In this document: piece after piece, positions 61,001-64,000 of the stretch
Numbering within the stretch: the first letter of the stretch is position 1
How the letters are laid out: each line of letters begins with the position of its first letter
NCBI RefSeq assembly: GCF_000150275.1
Contig: NW_002060952.1
Span: 2,227,128-2,291,127, forward strand
Direction of reading: 5' to 3'
Origin: Trichoplax adhaerens
Lineage: Eukaryota; Animalia; Placozoa
DNA: 64,000 nt
Notes under the pieces: generated by a model
The model's input: the letters and a program-made list of their open reading frames with translations, nothing else
What the model was told of the DNA's origin: nothing
Database searches by the model: none
Position numbers and translations under genes: made by a program

Positions 61001-63617
61001 TGATAGTATAGATCTTGTAAAGATACCTATAGTATTAAAATATCTACCAAGTTATAAAATATGATATGATATTCTATCGTGTTCAATAATTATACGTAAC
61101 TATCAACATTACCGACATAATACGTGATATACAGTATTTATGTTATAAAATATCCCAAGTTCTATAAATTGAGAACATCCTTCTTAAGATTTCTAATACC
61201 TAAAATATATCTGCTCATTCGATAGTTATAGATCTCACTAAGATGCGTCCCTCTTAGATCATCAACGGCGCATCAACAATATTAGACATCAAACCTGATT
61301 TATAGTTTTTACAAGTTATGAAAAGTCTCTACGACCTGAGAGCATTTTACATAACCTTTGCAATGATCATCTGAGCTATCTCTGCTTCCTTGACGGTTTT
61401 AAATCTGATAATAGATGTAATTCTCCTATAATATTCAATATTTATGAGTATAAAATAGACATTATAACGTAATCTGTCTTGTTCTAATAGATGCAAATAT
61501 TGACAATATCGTCGTATATCAAAGCTAATTTACAGTATTTATATACGATAAAACGTTCGAAGTAGATAAAAAAATTGGCTATTTAGCTGAGCTAAATCTA
61601 TTGTAATTGCTATTAAAGAATCGAAGTAGTGATACCTAAATTACAGTAGAAGACGTAAAAATGTGGTATTTCAATATCGTCTTTTAGTTTCCGACCCATT
61701 ATTATTCCCGTCCAATATGATAGTAAGTTAGCTTTGATACCAATTGTACTAAATAGAAATCTACACTTTAGCTAAACTCAATTTATTGTAATTGCTTTTG
61801 AAGCATTAGAGTATTAATGCCTAAGTTAGAGAACATAAATATGTAGTATTCTAATATTATCCATAAGTTTCCAACTCATGATTATTCCCATCTAATATGA
61901 TAGTAAATTAACTTTTGATACCGATTGCTATAATACACATCATTAATAAAAAAAATGATGTCATTTAACGTTGCATAGACAGATAAAATTACAAATTTAA
62001 CCGCAATGTCAAAATGATTTAGTTATAGTGAGAATAATTTTGCACTGCTAATATAAAGCTTTATCTAGATTGGGTTATAGTTTTCTGTCACTCAACATTA
62101 AATACTGGCGATATCATCAGTTTATAGAAAAATTTTTAGCACCTTGTATATGTTGTATGCTCCAAATTATGTAAATATCATCTTAAAACTTTTAAATTTC
62201 ATATATTAAAACATTATACAAATTAGATCTCATGGATCAACAATCTGAATATGCACCTGTTTTCCTAAATTGGGCTAATTCTGAACATCGTTTAGCGGAT
62301 TCGTTAACCGCTCTTTCTAAATGCGTAGACAAGAATAACAAAGCATTAAAAGAATTGGTATAGTCAACAATTTGATACTTTCTATTTCTATAGTTAAACA
62401 TTTTTACTTTCTCGTAGCTGTTAAATAGATATTAATTAGATATTACGAACAAAAGTATGTTAAACTCTACAAAATTTCTTATAGGTTGAAAGCAGAGATG
62501 AAAAATTTGGTGAAAATTTACATGAATATGTATTATTTACCGAATCTATCAAAGTAATGAAGTATTATAATTAAATTAACATTTTTTTGATTTAGATAAT
62601 TCTTAAATAGTTGTGATCTCGTTACTATATCTACTTTAAGCTTTCTCCAGATAACATTGTTGCGGTAGAAAACATAATTTAAAATGAATAATTCCGGTTG
62701 TTTGACTATACTTAACCAGACTACATTGAGGAAAAGAGACCGAATTCAAGTTCAGCATGACCAACTTGTCGAACAAGTAGCTAGGAAGACAGAAAATAAG
62801 CGAAGAGTAATGCGAATATAAGAATTATCTACGTCTCGCTATGGGAGATCAGTTTCTAACTAGTTTGTTAAAAAAATGTATTAGTAAAGCTGATGCCAAC
62901 TAATTTACTTCAAATTACTATCATTAGATGCTTGAAAACCCAAATGCTGTTACTATCAGCACGCTTTTTGCAAAAGATACTGAAACAAATAAGCAAACAC
63001 GCATAGAAAAAGTGGATTATCGCATTGATGAAGTATGTTAAAATATAAAATAAAGGCTATTCAATATTGTACAATTACTCCAAAACTATGCTATTTAGTT
63101 GCCGTAGACTTTCTAAATAGCCAAATTATGGATAAGGCATTTAAGCTCTGAGTTTAGTATCAGTATGATATATCGATACCATAAAAAGTATACGAGAAAC
63201 TTGAAAGAATTAAACGGAAAATAGCGCTTATAGCCAAAGTCATTGCTTATGAATCTAACGGTATAAAATTGGTCTATAGTTAAATAAACAGGTTGATGCA
63301 TCAGGAGAAAAAATGCGTGATGCCGATGATACAGTCAAGGCAGAATATGATAAATGGAATGAAACCAAACGTTCCGATTTGAAAGCGACATTTATCGATT
63401 TTGCTGATCGAAATATCGTCTACTTTCAAAAGGTGAGCCAAATAGGATAATATATGGAACAATTTGAATATTATAGCATAGAATAAGTAGAATAAACGTT
63501 TATACTCTTTTAATATGCAAATCTATTTTCGTACCATCATCCTAATAGTGCCTTAAAGCTTGGCAAGATGCGCTATCGGTTTTACAAGAATGCGATCCTA
63601 AATCAGCGAAATCTTAA
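58098..63617 (+). CDS. SNX7: Sorting nexin 7/30 (PX-BAR)
   Basis: Exons 58098-58214, 59374-59484, 59652-59813, 59921-60125, 62227-62357, 62485-62553, 62720-62806, 62928-63032, 63280-63432 and 63549-63617. Motifs are [50 protein letters not shown] and ..FQK-CLKAW, consistent with a co-orthologue of SNX7/SNX30. An acceptor at 58082 implies an upstream exon. Confidence 0.92.
60790..61930. repeat. Degenerate local tandem duplications in SNX7/30 intron 4
   Basis: Recurring GATAGT..TAGATCT..AAGATRC motifs at 60790-61560, and a two-copy ~185-bp unit (TTGTAATTGCT..ATTATTCCC.TC.AATATGATAGTAA.TTA.CTTTGATACC.ATTG) at ~61600 and ~61786. Confidence 0.7.
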
Positions 63618-64000
63618 TATCAGTGTACATGAGTTCCTACTTAACACAAGTTTCATATTATTTAGATAGAATGATCAGATATTTATCACTTGTTGCAGTT
63701 GATAAATGAAGTAATAGTTTTTACTATTTGCCTCAACTTAATCTACTCGTATCAAATTAATCATTTGCAATTAAACTCTATGTGTTATAGTAAGTCTATG
63801 ATTATCATTGCAATTTACATGGAAGATGAAATAACCATAAATAATGATAATGATAACATGATATATTGTCTGTCTGTAACACTAACTAATGAAGTAATAT
63901 TATTACGAATTCATCTCTAGTAATTTAGTTTTGTTATTAATATTATTCTTTTACTTTGTGGTCTATCGAAATAAAAATATCAATCTTTCCGTAAATATCT

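Overview
AT-rich, intron-dense animal genomic DNA with many short introns and no obvious CpG depletion by eye. The best guess is a placozoan (Trichoplax-like) or similar early-branching animal; this is inference. Genes reconstructed by hand from splice sites and recalled homologues, left to right: an SLC38A9-like transporter (-, runs off the left edge), a decayed intron-poor pseudogene resembling GEMIN4 (-), NUP155 (-), TXNDC12/ERp18 (+) with a tRNA-Cys(GCA) in its last intron, RAB3 (-), INIP/SOSS-C (+, absent from the ORF track), STK11/LKB1 (-), a 173-aa orphan ORF (-) and SNX7/30 (+). Highlights: an AT-AC U12 intron in STK11 and a probable GT-AG U12 intron in NUP155; apparent ancient microsynteny with vertebrates (RAB3-TXNDC12, INIP-SNX30); palindromic TACWGTA repeat clusters at the predicted, mostly divergent, promoters; two paralogous antisense ORFs nested in INIP intron 1; and many degenerate 50-250 bp local tandem duplications. 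No CRISPR array, rRNA or intact transposon was found. All homologue comparisons are by eye from recalled sequences, not database searches.
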